From contig JAWLHR010000021.1 in assembly GCA_041690295.1 (NCBI GenBank), positions 1 through 55,579 of the forward strand: a stretch of 55,579 nucleotides of DNA, given 5' to 3'. Shown here piece after piece: positions 1 through 10,065 of this stretch. Each line of letters opens with the position of its first letter. The stretch's first letter is position 1. The notes under the pieces are model-generated. The model ran no database searches and was not told the origin of the DNA. It worked only from the letters and a program-made list of their open reading frames with translations. This DNA comes from Bdellovibrionales bacterium. Lineage in GTDB: Bacteria > Bdellovibrionota > Bdellovibrionia > Bdellovibrionales > UBA1609. The position numbers and the translations under genes are program-made.

Positions 1-1
1 A

Positions 2-688
2 CTTTTAGCTTCAAGCGTTTCCCAGCGCCGAATCGCAAAACTGCTTCACATTTCCCGAACCACGGTTGAACGAAAGTTTCTTTTTCTGGGCCAAAAAGCC
101 GTGCATGAGCTTGAACGTCAAAATCATAGTTGTCCGCCGGCTACCGTCGTTGAATTCGACGAACTAGAGACATTTGAACATACGAAATGTAAACCGCTCT
201 CCGTTCCGCTTGCGGTCGAATCAAAAACCAGAAGAATTTTAGCCTTCCAAGTGGCCCAGATGCCGGCCAAAGGAAAGCTCGCCCGTATCTCACGTAAAAA
301 ATATGGACCAAGACCAGACTTCAGGCCAAAAGCATTGAGTGATCTTTGTGAGAGTTTAAAGCCACTCACCACACCCGATGTGCAATTCAAATCCGATCAA
401 AATCCAATGTATCCGGAAATCTTAAGACGTCACTTTCCTTTAAACCCACACGAGCGCTTTAAAGGGCAAAGAGGTTCGATTGTCGGACAGGGGGAGTTAA
501 AGAAGATCCGTTTTGATCCGCTTTTTAGTTTGAATCATACGTGTGCGATGCTTCGAGCCAATATCAATAGGCTAGTGCGGAAGACTTGGTGCACAACGAA
601 AATTCCTAATAGATTGCGCCTTCATCTCGCCATCTATGCGGTATATCACAACAATATGATTCGAGCGGGGCCTTCAGGTGCAGGCTAG
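2..688 (+). mobile_element. IS1-like DDE-type transposase, 5' end outside the window
   Basis: The frame is open from position 2 (LLASSVSQRRIAKLLHISRTTVERKF, an HTH) into the listed ORF 101..688. It has acidic motifs FDELETF and FKSDQNP, and a C-terminal LR-x4-RLVRKTWCTTK resembling IS1 InsB. Visibly more AT-rich than its neighbours. Confidence 0.7.
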
Positions 689-2091
689 TGGGGCAGTTTT
701 GGGAATTCACAGATGAATTCCGACCCCTGCCCCACCTGACTCTTCACATGCACCTGCCCGCCGTGACGTTGGACGATGTGCTTCACCAAACTCAGCCCAA
801 TGCCCGTGCCGCCTTCTTTCCGCGCGCGTCCCTCGTCCACGCGATAGAAACGCTCAAAAAGCCGGGGTTGATGTTTGGGAAGGATCCCGGGACCGTTGTC
901 TTTGACGTGAAGCTCGGTTTTTCCGTCAGGGCCCGCCACCCAGCGCACTTCGATGTCCTTGCCTTCCGGCACATACCGGACCGCGTTTTCCATCAGATTA
1001 CGGAGCACCTGCTCGATTCTTTTCGGATCGCCCTGCATCTGATCGACTTCATAAACGACGTGGACTTTGTGATTGGAGACATTCACCTGCGACATCACCG
1101 ACTCCGTGATGTCCTGAAGGCGAATGATTTCAAACTTCAAGTCCTTTCCGGATTCGAGCGCCGAGAGATCGAGAAGGTCATCCACCAACACGCGAAGCCG
1201 TTTGACGTTGTCCGAAATGATTTTAAGAAATTCCTGGGCATGATCCATCCGTCCCTGCTTCATATCGGATTCCAGGGTTTGCAGATAACCATTGATGGTG
1301 GTTAAAGGTGTCCGGAGCTCGTGGGAAACGTTACCCACGAACTCAATCCGAATCCGCTCCGCGGCCTTCATTTCGGTGATATCGTGAAAAATTCCGACGG
1401 CACCGTAGATTTCGCCGTTGTGCTTTTTAGCCAGCGGCGCGAGCGAAAGCAGAAAGTTTCTCGGCGTTCGGTCCGCGCCGACTTCCTCGATCACTTCCCT
1501 TCTTATGGGCAGCCCCGTTTTGAGCACCTCGGTGTAAGCTTCGACCACGTCGGGTGAACGGAGCACTTCACTCATTCGCGTTTCACCCGGATCCGGAACC
1601 TCGCCGAATAAATCGGTGAACTGCGGATTGAAAAACAAAATCCGGCGATCACGGCTAATGGCGAAGACGGCTTCGGAAACCGCCGACATGATCGCCCGAA
1701 GCTCGGTTTTCTCACGCGATAAGCGGATGGTTTTCGTGCGCAAATCGCGTCCCAAGCGGTTCAATGCCCGTTCCAGCTCATACCATTCCCCCGGCTCATC
1801 AAACGCCATGGCCTCGGGCGTGACTTCTTCTTCATCAAACGGGTTTTTCCGCATGCGGCGGGTGCGCTCGATCAAACGTCCCAGCGGTAGCAACAACCGG
1901 CGCGCCATTAACAGTGATATGGTAATGACCGATAAAAACGCCAAACCAAAGGAGAAGAAAACCAACCAGAAGGAATCCGAGGTGAGTCCGACGATCAGAC
2001 TCAGCGCCAGAAACAAAACCGCCGACCAAAAGACCTGCTTAACGACAAACCAGCGGTAAAGGCGCCATGGAAATGAACCGGGTCGTTTCAT
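685..2091 (-). CDS. phoR: Phosphate regulon sensor histidine kinase (TM-HAMP-PAS-HisKA-HATPase)
   Basis: H-box FVGNVSHELRTPLT, N-box NLMENAVRY, DNGPGI, FERFYRVD and GTGIGL; lies downstream of phoU and phoB. Confidence 0.9.
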   Translation of the reverse strand: MKRPGSFPWRLYRWFVVKQVFWSAVLFLALSLIVGLTSDSFWLVFFSFGLAFLSVITISLLMARRLLLPLGRLIERTRRMRKNPFDEEEVTPEAMAFDEPGEWYELERALNRLGRDLRTKTIRLSREKTELRAIMSAVSEAVFAISRDRRILFFNPQFTDLFGEVPDPGETRMSEVLRSPDVVEAYTEVLKTGLPIRREVIEEVGADRTPRNFLLSLAPLAKKHNGEIYGAVGIFHDITEMKAAERIRIEFVGNVSHELRTPLTTINGYLQTLESDMKQGRMDHAQEFLKIISDNVKRLRVLVDDLLDLSALESGKDLKFEIIRLQDITESVMSQVNVSNHKVHVVYEVDQMQGDPKRIEQVLRNLMENAVRYVPEGKDIEVRWVAGPDGKTELHVKDNGPGILPKHQPRLFERFYRVDEGRARKEGGTGIGLSLVKHIVQRHGGQVHVKSQVGQGSEFICEFPKLPH

Positions 2092-2816
2092 TGCTCGTTA
2101 TTCGGCGGTAAATAGCGCACCCGGTAACCCACGCCGCGAATGGTTTCAATGACATCCGCGTAGCGTCCTAACTTCTTACGAAGACCAAAAACATGAGTAT
2201 CGACCGTCCGGCCGACCACATTGACGTTTTCACCTTGAATCTGTCCGATCAGGGCCTCACGCGAAAGAACTTTACCTTGGTTGGCCAAGAGAGCTTCAAG
2301 CAAGCGGAACTCGGATCGGGTTAATTCCAGTTTTTGTCCGGATAAGGAGACCTCAAAGTTATCGGCGTTCAACACCAAGTCACCCAGCGAGAGAATCTTA
2401 TTCTGCTCATTGGCCGGATTGGCTTGCGCCTTCAACCAATCCTGACGTCGCATCAGCGCGTTCACCCGGGCCATCAAGACCAATGTATCGAAAGGTTTTG
2501 TCAGATAGTCATCGGCTCCCGCATCGAGACCCGCCGCGATTTGTTCCGCTTCGGTTTTGGCGGTCACGAAGAGAACCGGTGTGGTGGCGTTAAAGCCGCG
2601 CTTACGCAACCACCGGCAGATTTCAAGACCGCTGAGCGATGGAAGCATCCAGTCCAATATCACCAAATCGTAAACCCGCGTGGAGAGCATTTGCCGGGCT
2701 TCCTCGCCGTCACCAAGCTCATCCACCGCGAAGCCTTCCCTCCGCAAATGCAAAACGATCAGTTGGCGGATTTCAGCTTCATCTTCGACGACCAAGACGC
2801 GTTTGGAAGTTTCCAC
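2088..2816 (-). CDS. phoB: OmpR/PhoB-family response regulator
   Basis: REC domain (VVEDE, ILDWMLP, DDYLTKPF) and winged helix (RTVDTHV, TIRGVGY). GTG start chosen at 2816, just after the phoU stop; an ATG at 2858-2870 is an alternative. Confidence 0.85.
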   Translation of the reverse strand: METSKRVLVVEDEAEIRQLIVLHLRREGFAVDELGDGEEARQMLSTRVYDLVILDWMLPSLSGLEICRWLRKRGFNATTPVLFVTAKTEAEQIAAGLDAGADDYLTKPFDTLVLMARVNALMRRQDWLKAQANPANEQNKILSLGDLVLNADNFEVSLSGQKLELTRSEFRLLEALLANQGKVLSREALIGQIQGENVNVVGRTVDTHVFGLRKKLGRYADVIETIRGVGYRVRYLPPNNEQ

Positions 2817-2829
2817 GCCTTGGGCACCG

Positions 2830-3504
2830 CTAAGAGTTGACGGACTGAGAGTGACCATGTCGTACATCATCCCCCGTGGTCAGATAAATGATCTCTTCAG
2901 CGATATTGGTGGCGTGATCGGCCATGCGCTCAAGGTTTTTGGCGATCATGATGAAAGTCAGACCGATTTCGATCTCACTTTCGCCTTTTTTCATGAATTC
3001 CTTCATTTCGCGGATCAACGAGTCCTTGAGTTCATCGATGGAATCATCGTACGCCAAAACTTTCTTCGAAAGTTCCACATCCCGGCGGGAAAACGCATCC
3101 AAAACCCAGGACACCATCTTTCTCACGCCCTCGATCATCTGTGGAATTTGCACGGGAAGCTTCGTGTTGGGCCACAGGGCGTGCAGGTCCCGCACTCCAT
3201 GTACAATGTTCACGGATTGATCGCCCATGCGCTCGAGGTCCGTGTTGATTTTGGTAATGGCGATCACTAAACGAAGATCTTTGGCCACCGGCGATTGTTT
3301 AGCCAAAACCCCCACGCAAGCCTCATCAATCAGGATTTGCAGGTCATTAATCCTTGATTCGTGCCGGTGGACTTCCTCGACCGCCTTGCGGTCATCGCCC
3401 ATAATGGCCTTACAGGCATTTTCCAGCGCCTTTTCAACACACCCACCCATTTGCAGGGCCAGATCTTTCAACGCTCGCAACTCAGAATCGATATGCCGAA
3501 CCAT
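2830..3504 (-). CDS. phoU: Phosphate signalling complex protein PhoU
   Basis: Repeated PhoU motifs (QSPVAKDLR, DLERMGD, KNLERMADHATNIAE). ATG at 3504 is preceded by GGGAGGGG. Confidence 0.93.
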   Translation of the reverse strand: MVRHIDSELRALKDLALQMGGCVEKALENACKAIMGDDRKAVEEVHRHESRINDLQILIDEACVGVLAKQSPVAKDLRLVIAITKINTDLERMGDQSVNIVHGVRDLHALWPNTKLPVQIPQMIEGVRKMVSWVLDAFSRRDVELSKKVLAYDDSIDELKDSLIREMKEFMKKGESEIEIGLTFIMIAKNLERMADHATNIAEEIIYLTTGDDVRHGHSQSVNS

Positions 3505-3707
3505 CGGTTTTTCCCCTCCCGCGGTGTTATCCTTTTGATTGTAGGCCTCTTCCGAGGGGGAAATAAACTGGTTTCTAGGCTTGGAACCGGAATCCGTCAT
3601 CGCTCTTTTGTATCGCTCGGTGGAGTCCAAGGCAATCTTCCCCCGTCAGAATTTCATCAAGATTTCCACATTTCCATATCAGACACATTCTGTGCTAAAA
3701 CCCGCCC

Positions 3708-4496
3708 ATGACCAAACTGAGCGTCAATGTAAACAAATTGGCGACCTTGCGTAACTCACGGGGCAAGAACCTTCCCGACGTCTTGGCGTTATCGGAAAAG
3801 ATCCTTGGCTTTGGCGTCCACGGCCTGACCGTTCATCCCCGGCCCGACGGGCGCCATATTCGGCCCGCCGATGTGGCCGTGCTCTCGCAACTGGTGCGCG
3901 ATTGGAACCTGAACCACCCCGAAAAGATGGAGTTCAATGTCGAGGGCTACCCCTCCCGCGACTACCTTGATCTGATCAACACCCACCGGCCCCATCAAGC
4001 CACGCTGGTTCCGGATCCGCCCGAGGCCCTGACTTCCAACGCCGGCTGGGATCTCGTTAAAGAGCGTGAATTCTTAAAAGACGTTGTCAATCGGTTACGT
4101 GAAACGGGAACCCGAGTTTCTCTCTTCGTCGATCCGTTTACTTTTAGCGCAGATCAAGAAAACGCACTGATCGAAATCAAACCCGATCGGATTGAACTTT
4201 ACACGGAGAAGTACGCCGATCATTTCCACACGCCGGAGCGGGATTCGGTGACTCAAGTGTATCAAGACGTCGCCCGGCGCGCGAAAAACCATGGGATCGG
4301 CGTGAATGCGGGCCATGACCTAAACCAAGAAAATTTACGTTTCCTGGTCGAGCGAATTCCATGGCTGGAAGAAGTCTCGATCGGCCATGCCCTGATTTGC
4401 GAGGCCTTGGAAGCAGGGCTTGAGCGGACCGTGAAATCCTATTTGAAGCTCCTCAAGGAGGAGACGAATGAACATTCACACGTTAAGCGCGCTTAA
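3708..4496 (+). CDS. pdxJ: Pyridoxine 5'-phosphate synthase
   Basis: LSVNVNKLATLRNSRG, TVHPRPDGRHIR, NVEGYP, TLVPD, NAGHDL and EVSIGHALI. Confidence 0.95.
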   Translation: MTKLSVNVNKLATLRNSRGKNLPDVLALSEKILGFGVHGLTVHPRPDGRHIRPADVAVLSQLVRDWNLNHPEKMEFNVEGYPSRDYLDLINTHRPHQATLVPDPPEALTSNAGWDLVKEREFLKDVVNRLRETGTRVSLFVDPFTFSADQENALIEIKPDRIELYTEKYADHFHTPERDSVTQVYQDVARRAKNHGIGVNAGHDLNQENLRFLVERIPWLEEVSIGHALICEALEAGLERTVKSYLKLLKEETNEHSHVKRA

Positions 4497-5184
4497 GGAC
4501 AATTTCATTTATGTCTTAAGCCACAAAGATCAATGCGCGGTGGTTGATCCCGGCGAAGCCGCACCGGTCTTGCGTTTCCTGGAACACAAAAAATTGGCTC
4601 TGACGCATATTCTGTTGACCCACCATCATCCCGACCACATCGGCGGCGTGGCCGATCTGGTGCGTGGACGCGATGTTCAGATTTGGGCGTCAGAATACGA
4701 CCGCGAGCGCATACCCGGAGTCACACATCCGGTGCGGGAAGGCCGCGCGGAAACTCTTTTCGGCGAGCCGGTCGAAATCCTGGAAGTCCCCGGTCACACA
4801 CTCGGTCAGGTTTGTTATTACTTGCCCAAGTCCAGCGCGCTGTTCGTCGGCGACACACTTTTTTCCGGTGGATGCGGGCGGCTTTTCGAGGGAACCGCGG
4901 AGCAAATGTTCACTTCCTTACAAAAAATCAAACGGCTTCCGGTCGCCACCCGAATTTACTTTGGACACGAATACACTTTACGAAATCTCGAGTTTATTAA
5001 ACAGCAGTCGGGTCATATTTCTGAAGACTTGTTCCGCTATGAACAGCAGTGCCGTAACCGGCTGAGCAAGGGAGAGCCGACCACTCCCACCACTTTGGCT
5101 CAAGAACTGAAGATCAATCCTTTCATCACCAGTGAAACCGTCGAAACTTTTCGCGAATGGCGGAGCGCGCGAGACGGCTGGTAA
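4468..5184 (+). CDS. gloB: Hydroxyacylglutathione hydrolase (glyoxalase II)
   Basis: THHHPDHIGG, PGHT, GDTLFSGGCGRLFEG, GHEYT and INPF motifs; AGGAGG RBS. Confidence 0.92.
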   Translation: MNIHTLSALKDNFIYVLSHKDQCAVVDPGEAAPVLRFLEHKKLALTHILLTHHHPDHIGGVADLVRGRDVQIWASEYDRERIPGVTHPVREGRAETLFGEPVEILEVPGHTLGQVCYYLPKSSALFVGDTLFSGGCGRLFEGTAEQMFTSLQKIKRLPVATRIYFGHEYTLRNLEFIKQQSGHISEDLFRYEQQCRNRLSKGEPTTPTTLAQELKINPFITSETVETFREWRSARDGW

Positions 5185-5187
5185 AAA

Positions 5188-5222
5188 ACGATCGGCTCAT
5201 CGCATTAGCTTAAGCCGATCGT
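5188..5222. terminator. Probable bidirectional intrinsic terminator
   Basis: 10-bp stem ACGATCGGCT / AGCCGATCGT with A/T-rich flanks, between convergent genes. Confidence 0.65.
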
Positions 5223-5268
5223 CTTAATTCTAAAAATTGATAACGCTTCTTTGGACAGGCGAAATCGT

Positions 5269-5760
5269 TTAGCGTTCGCTTAAAACGCAGACATGGCGAT
5301 TCGACGGGTACGGGTAGTAGGTCGATTGGCCGACAACTTTAATAGGACGCTGATTCTCATCGAGTTCCACTTCTAAATTGAGAATCTCGTCACCCGTATC
5401 AACTCTAAAAATCAAAGATCCGTCTTTCCACTGCAGAGAACTCTCTGGATGAGGATATTCGGGCATCACGAAGTTGCCAAAATATTGATTTTTCTCCTCA
5501 TTTTCAGGATCGGCGACCAGATTCTCGCCGACTCCTAAACTCAAATAATATTCACCTGTTTCACCGAATTTTGTGACATAGAGCTCGCACAGGATATTGG
5601 TGTTTTGCGTTCGCCCAGTGAAAGTCACCGTTTTTCTCTCGCTCGTTGGGCCAACGATCATGTCCGCCCATTCGCCAAAACGAGCGAAGCCGGCATCATT
5701 AGCGTGAACGGATGCCGACATAATTAAAGAAACGAGCAGCAACAAAGCCTTTGATTTCAT
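5269..5760 (-). CDS. Secreted hypothetical protein
   Basis: Sec signal peptide MKSKALLLLVSLIMSASVHA; GGAGG RBS; two Cys. Confidence 0.75.
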   Translation of the reverse strand: MKSKALLLLVSLIMSASVHANDAGFARFGEWADMIVGPTSERKTVTFTGRTQNTNILCELYVTKFGETGEYYLSLGVGENLVADPENEEKNQYFGNFVMPEYPHPESSLQWKDGSLIFRVDTGDEILNLEVELDENQRPIKVVGQSTYYPYPSNRHVCVLSER

Positions 5761-5799
5761 AATTCTTCCTCCACGAAGACTCGTATTTCGCGGTTCTTA

Positions 5800-5815
5800 A
5801 GCAAACCGGATACCA
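5800..5815 (-). promoter_or_regulatory. Sigma54 (-24/-12) promoter candidate
   Basis: Minus strand TGGTATCCGGTTTGCT fits GG-N10-GC, 40 bp upstream of the ATG at 5760. Confidence 0.6.
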
Positions 5816-5896
5816 TCGTCAGCCGGGAAGAATAGCGACCTAGACGGCCGCCCTCTAAAAAACTTTCATGCTCGTGACCTTCATCGCCGGACCCCT

Positions 5897-6226
5897 TCAA
5901 TCCGCCGGATACTTCTTGGCGTTCTTGACGATCTTTTCACGCAAACATGTGGATAAATCGAAATTATATAGCTGAGCGAAACGCAGAATGAAGTAAAGCG
6001 AGTCGGCGAGTTCATCGGCGATGCGCGAGCGCGCCGATGTGTCGTTCATCATCCCGCGCGCGTCGGCATCCGATACGAAACGAAAAATCTCCAGCAGCTC
6101 GCTGGCTTCGGTCACAAGCCCGATGGCCAGATCCTTCGGACCATGGTAGGGATCCCAGCGGCGCTCTTCACAAAAGTCCTGAACCCACTTTTTCATCTGT
6201 TCGTTCGTCGTGTCGATATCCGTCAT
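5897..6226 (-). CDS. MazG-like nucleotide pyrophosphohydrolase (dCTP diphosphatase-like)
   Basis: ERRWDPYHGPKDLAIGLVTEASELLE, DELAD and KNAKKYP. Confidence 0.88.
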   Translation of the reverse strand: MTDIDTTNEQMKKWVQDFCEERRWDPYHGPKDLAIGLVTEASELLEIFRFVSDADARGMMNDTSARSRIADELADSLYFILRFAQLYNFDLSTCLREKIVKNAKKYPAD

Positions 6227-6332
6227 TAACACCCTCGCCGTTGGTTGAGTTGGATCGCTCGAGTTTCGAGTTCAAGCGCTTTTAACCTCACACATATATC
6301 TAAATAATCCGAAAAGTTAGCTGGAGGACCCT

Positions 6333-8438
6333 ATGAAACGCAACGCCTGGAGACTTCTGACAGCACTGATCATTTCCGTGGCCGGTTATGCGGGGGCGGA
6401 GATTTGGTACAAATCGGGCCAAAAGCGATCCGATGATGGTTCCAAAACCGCGGTCGCCCTCTTGAACGAGTCCACCAATGAAGTGCAGCGTAAACCCAAA
6501 GCGCGCGTGATTTGGGAAAGCATCAGCCGCAATGATGAACTCTTCGCCGGCGAGGCTGTGCGCACGGCTTCTGATGCGGAAGCTAAGATATATCTCAAAT
6601 CAACCGGCGCCACCATCTTCCTCGAACCGGATTCTCTCATCGTGCTCGAGGAAAACGACAAAGGCCTGAGTCTCGATTTTCTGCAAGGAAACATGATGGT
6701 GGCCGGTGGTGAAGGCGACCTGACGGTGAAAACCGGAGCCAGCGAAATCAAACTGAAATCCGCGGAGATGAGCCTTTCAAAAGACCAAAGCGGAAAAGTG
6801 GACCTCGAGATGTATAAGGGTCAGGCCGAGTTGAGCCAGGGCGAAAAGAAGATCGCTCTTGATAACAGCAAAGCCGCCACCCTTTCGGAAAAAGGCGTGA
6901 GCGTCGCCAAAGACGTGCTCAAGGTGCTGTCCCCCAAGCCGGGAGACGCCATACTCCTCAACCTGATCCGCGGCGACCAACTGGAAATCGCCTGGCAATC
7001 GCTTCCCGAAGGTTACACGGTTTCCGCCGATGTCGGCCGCCACCGTTCCCGTCTCTCGCGGCGCGGTTCGGTTCCCGGTGAAAAGGGCAAAATGAAACTG
7101 CCGACCAAGCCGGGCAAATGGTTCTTGCGTCTGAGCGCCGAAGCCGTGAACCCTGAGTTGCCGAAGTACACGTCAGTGATCGTGCCTTTCGAAGTGCAGC
7201 CCAAAACTCCCCCGTCACTTTTGGAACCGGCCAAAGAAACCGCTTGGCTGAAAAAGTCGGCGAACGAGCCGGTGGCGTTCAAATGGTTGAATCGCCACGC
7301 TTATCAATCCCAGATTCTCGAGGTCGCCAAGGACCAGTCCTTCAAGAATGTCGTCGTGAAGCAAACTCTAACCGGCACGGACAACTCCTTCTCGGGCGAG
7401 ATTCCCGACGGACAGTATTTCTGGCGCGTGACCGGGTACCTGAACAACAACGGCCAGGTGGAAGGTTTATCCAGTCTTCCCTCACCGTTCTCGGTGGTTT
7501 CCAATTGGGAGGTCAAGCCGCCGAAAATTAAACATCCAGCTCCCGAGCAGCGGTTGAGTTTTGTGGACGTGCAACGCGCCCAAGGCGTGAATCTGAAATG
7601 GGAGCCGGCCGAAGGCGTGAAGCGCTACCGGGTTTTCGTGCAAAAACACTCCGAAAGCGGCACCAAGGAAGTTCTCAATCAAACGGTTGAAGCGCCCTTG
7701 GCCCGGATCACGAATCCCACACCGGGCACTTATCTCTGGAAAGTTTCAAGCATTGATCCCAAAGACGGAAGTGAAAAGTCTTCCGAAGTCGTTGAATTCA
7801 AAATCGATGAACTTCCGCCTATCCGCTGGGTGGAGATGAAAAATAACACTTACGAATACACAACACCCACGCCGAGTCTCGTGGCCCGCTGGGAGCCACT
7901 TGAAGTGGCGCCCGCCACTTACCGTTACCGCGTGGTGGCCGAAGGCAATTCCTTGCAGGAAGCGAAGTGGCAGACGACGAAACAAACCTTGTTCGATATT
8001 CCCCTGCCCAACGAAGGCGATTATCTGGCCGTGGTTGAAGCGTTGAACGCCAACGGGCAAGCGATCGCCGCCAGTGAAATTCGCCTGTTCACCATCAAGC
8101 CGGCACCCTTGCTCCCCGCGCCGCAATGGGCGGAAAATCTGCCGCCGGAAATCAAGTCCGATGCCCGCGGGAATTTGAGCTTGAGTTGGAAGGAAGTCGA
8201 CGGTGCCGCCAACTACCTGATGATTCTTGAAAACGACGCGGGTCAGGTGGTGGAGCAAAGAACCGTCACGCGCACGACGGCGTCGATCACCCGGTTAAAG
8301 CCCGGTGAATACCAGGTTCAACTCAAAGCCGTGGACACGCACAAGCGGCCCGGCCTGGGCAGTCCGCCCAAAAAGCTCACGGTGCCGAATGTCAGTGACA
8401 TCAAAGCACCCAAAATCAAATCGATGAAGGTGAATTAA
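6333..8438 (+). CDS. Membrane-anchored FecR-domain protein with multiple fibronectin III/Ig-like repeats
   Basis: N-terminal hydrophobic segment, then a FecR-like region (VQRK..W....LFAGEAVRT..AEAKI..LEPDSLIVL). Repeated FN3-type motifs follow (GQYFWRVT, GTYLWKVS, GDYLAVVEA, LKPGEYQVQLKA). GGAGG RBS. Confidence 0.8.
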   Translation: MKRNAWRLLTALIISVAGYAGAEIWYKSGQKRSDDGSKTAVALLNESTNEVQRKPKARVIWESISRNDELFAGEAVRTASDAEAKIYLKSTGATIFLEPDSLIVLEENDKGLSLDFLQGNMMVAGGEGDLTVKTGASEIKLKSAEMSLSKDQSGKVDLEMYKGQAELSQGEKKIALDNSKAATLSEKGVSVAKDVLKVLSPKPGDAILLNLIRGDQLEIAWQSLPEGYTVSADVGRHRSRLSRRGSVPGEKGKMKLPTKPGKWFLRLSAEAVNPELPKYTSVIVPFEVQPKTPPSLLEPAKETAWLKKSANEPVAFKWLNRHAYQSQILEVAKDQSFKNVVVKQTLTGTDNSFSGEIPDGQYFWRVTGYLNNNGQVEGLSSLPSPFSVVSNWEVKPPKIKHPAPEQRLSFVDVQRAQGVNLKWEPAEGVKRYRVFVQKHSESGTKEVLNQTVEAPLARITNPTPGTYLWKVSSIDPKDGSEKSSEVVEFKIDELPPIRWVEMKNNTYEYTTPTPSLVARWEPLEVAPATYRYRVVAEGNSLQEAKWQTTKQTLFDIPLPNEGDYLAVVEALNANGQAIAASEIRLFTIKPAPLLPAPQWAENLPPEIKSDARGNLSLSWKEVDGAANYLMILENDAGQVVEQRTVTRTTASITRLKPGEYQVQLKAVDTHKRPGLGSPPKKLTVPNVSDIKAPKIKSMKVN

Positions 8439-8441
8439 GAT

Positions 8442-10055
8442 TTGATCTCTCGGAGCGCACGTTTCTTTTTCATCGCTTTCTTCTCCTGGAGCGTGATCGC
8501 CCTCGCCCAGGACAAAACCCGTGTGCGCCGAAATGTTTACTTGGAATTCGAACCCGTGCCCGGCGCCACCTTGTACGAGGTGGAAGTGGTCCGCAAAGGT
8601 TCAAAGAAACCCATGTCGTTCAAGATGAAGAACGCCGTCTGGTCCGCCAATATCCGGCCGGGCACGTACGAGATGCGAATGCGCTCCTATGACGATCGTG
8701 GCGCGCCCGGTGAGTGGTCGGCTCCGGTGGACATTCTGGTCAAACTCCCCGCGATCATCGTTAAGGCTCCAGCACCTGACAGCACGATCAAGGCCAAAAG
8801 AGCTGAGCGTTCGGAAGTGAACTTCCAATGGGAGAAAATCCCGGGCGCCGACGCCTATGAAGTGCAAATTAAAAGCACCGACGGCACTTTCAGTTATTCA
8901 AAGAAAGTGGATGACAATTCCCACTCGGTCAAATTGGATCCCGGGCGGACTTATCTGTGGAATGCGGCCGCCCTGGACCGCAAAGGCGAACGCGGTGACC
9001 AAAGTGAAGAATTTTACCGCTTTGATTTACAGGGACCGCCCCTGGAAAAACCCAAGGTGATCAAGCCCATTTCGAAATATGTGCGCGAAGTTGAGTGGAA
9101 GCCGGCCGAGTATGCCACGAGCTATTCCTATGAGCTGCGGCGCTATGATTCGAAAAAGAAAACCTGGGATATGGTGGAGCAAAGTACGGATTGGGCCGAC
9201 ACAAAACTGAAAATGGACGTCACTCGGCCTGGCGGACGCTACCGTCTCGCCGTCCGCGCCCACGGACCGCTGCGCGAACCTTCACCAAAAAGTCAGATCG
9301 AGTTCGCCATGCACGGCGGATTCAAAGATGAAGCGGATTTCGAGAACGCGCGAGTCCGTGACAGCATGACCAAGCCCACCAATTTTTACGCCATCGCCAG
9401 TTATTTGATTACACAAGTGGCCTACAAGGCCAAAAACTATGACGATAACTCGGCACCAACTTTTGATGCCCTCGGCGGAACCGGCCGCCTCGGCATCGGC
9501 TATCAAGAGCCCCGTTCAAACTGGGGCGGATTTTTGATCGTGGATTACAGCGGCTTCATTATTAACGGGCAAAACTTTAGGTTCGCTTCCGCCGAGGCTC
9601 ACCTGACCCGCAAGCTGGAATTCGGCCAAGGTGGACTCCTTTTGTTCGGTACGGGTCTTTACTCCAAGGAGCTTCCCATCGTGGTGGGGACAACCGGTGA
9701 TGGATTCAGGGGTGTGGGTAAGGCCCGCGCCAACGGCGTGCACGCGGGATTCAGTTACTGGTTTCCGCTCAACCCCAGGCTCGGTGTCCAGGTTAATGCC
9801 CGCGCTTATCATTCGGTGTTCGGCTCCACTTCGGCGGGTTCCAATGTCATTCCCAGTTTATCTTACAGCTACGGATTGCTCGGCAGCTACCGCCTGTCAC
9901 GGAGTTGGATGGGCTATGCGGGCTACGCCTATCGGGCCGACGAAATCACCTATGAAGCTCAGAGTGGACCGCTCAGCTTCGCCAACCCCGGACAAAACAA
10001 CATGGTTGGCGTTTACGGCCACTATCTGAACTTGATTCTCGAGTGGAGTTTCTAA
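8442..10055 (+). CDS. Secreted FN3-repeat protein with a C-terminal outer-membrane beta-barrel
   Basis: Signal peptide and FN3 motifs (PGTYEMRMRS, PGRTYLWNAAA, GRYRLAVRA). The last ~220 aa are amphipathic strands ending LNLILEWSF, a BAM-type beta-signal. TTG start 3 bp after the upstream stop. Confidence 0.72.
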   Translation: MISRSARFFFIAFFSWSVIALAQDKTRVRRNVYLEFEPVPGATLYEVEVVRKGSKKPMSFKMKNAVWSANIRPGTYEMRMRSYDDRGAPGEWSAPVDILVKLPAIIVKAPAPDSTIKAKRAERSEVNFQWEKIPGADAYEVQIKSTDGTFSYSKKVDDNSHSVKLDPGRTYLWNAAALDRKGERGDQSEEFYRFDLQGPPLEKPKVIKPISKYVREVEWKPAEYATSYSYELRRYDSKKKTWDMVEQSTDWADTKLKMDVTRPGGRYRLAVRAHGPLREPSPKSQIEFAMHGGFKDEADFENARVRDSMTKPTNFYAIASYLITQVAYKAKNYDDNSAPTFDALGGTGRLGIGYQEPRSNWGGFLIVDYSGFIINGQNFRFASAEAHLTRKLEFGQGGLLLFGTGLYSKELPIVVGTTGDGFRGVGKARANGVHAGFSYWFPLNPRLGVQVNARAYHSVFGSTSAGSNVIPSLSYSYGLLGSYRLSRSWMGYAGYAYRADEITYEAQSGPLSFANPGQNNMVGVYGHYLNLILEWSF

Positions 10056-10065
10056 CCGGGTCGAT

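Noticed and set aside
3505..3630. N-terminal extension of PhoU in the ORF track
   Set aside because: A strong RBS precedes the ATG at 3504, where PhoU similarity begins. Similar spurious extensions were trimmed for cdd, the CBS gene, Rcp1, the cytochromes and mreB.
3640..3690. Possible Pho box upstream of phoU (ATTTCA/ATTTCC repeats)
   Set aside because: The match to the CTGTCAT 11-bp direct repeat is too weak to support.
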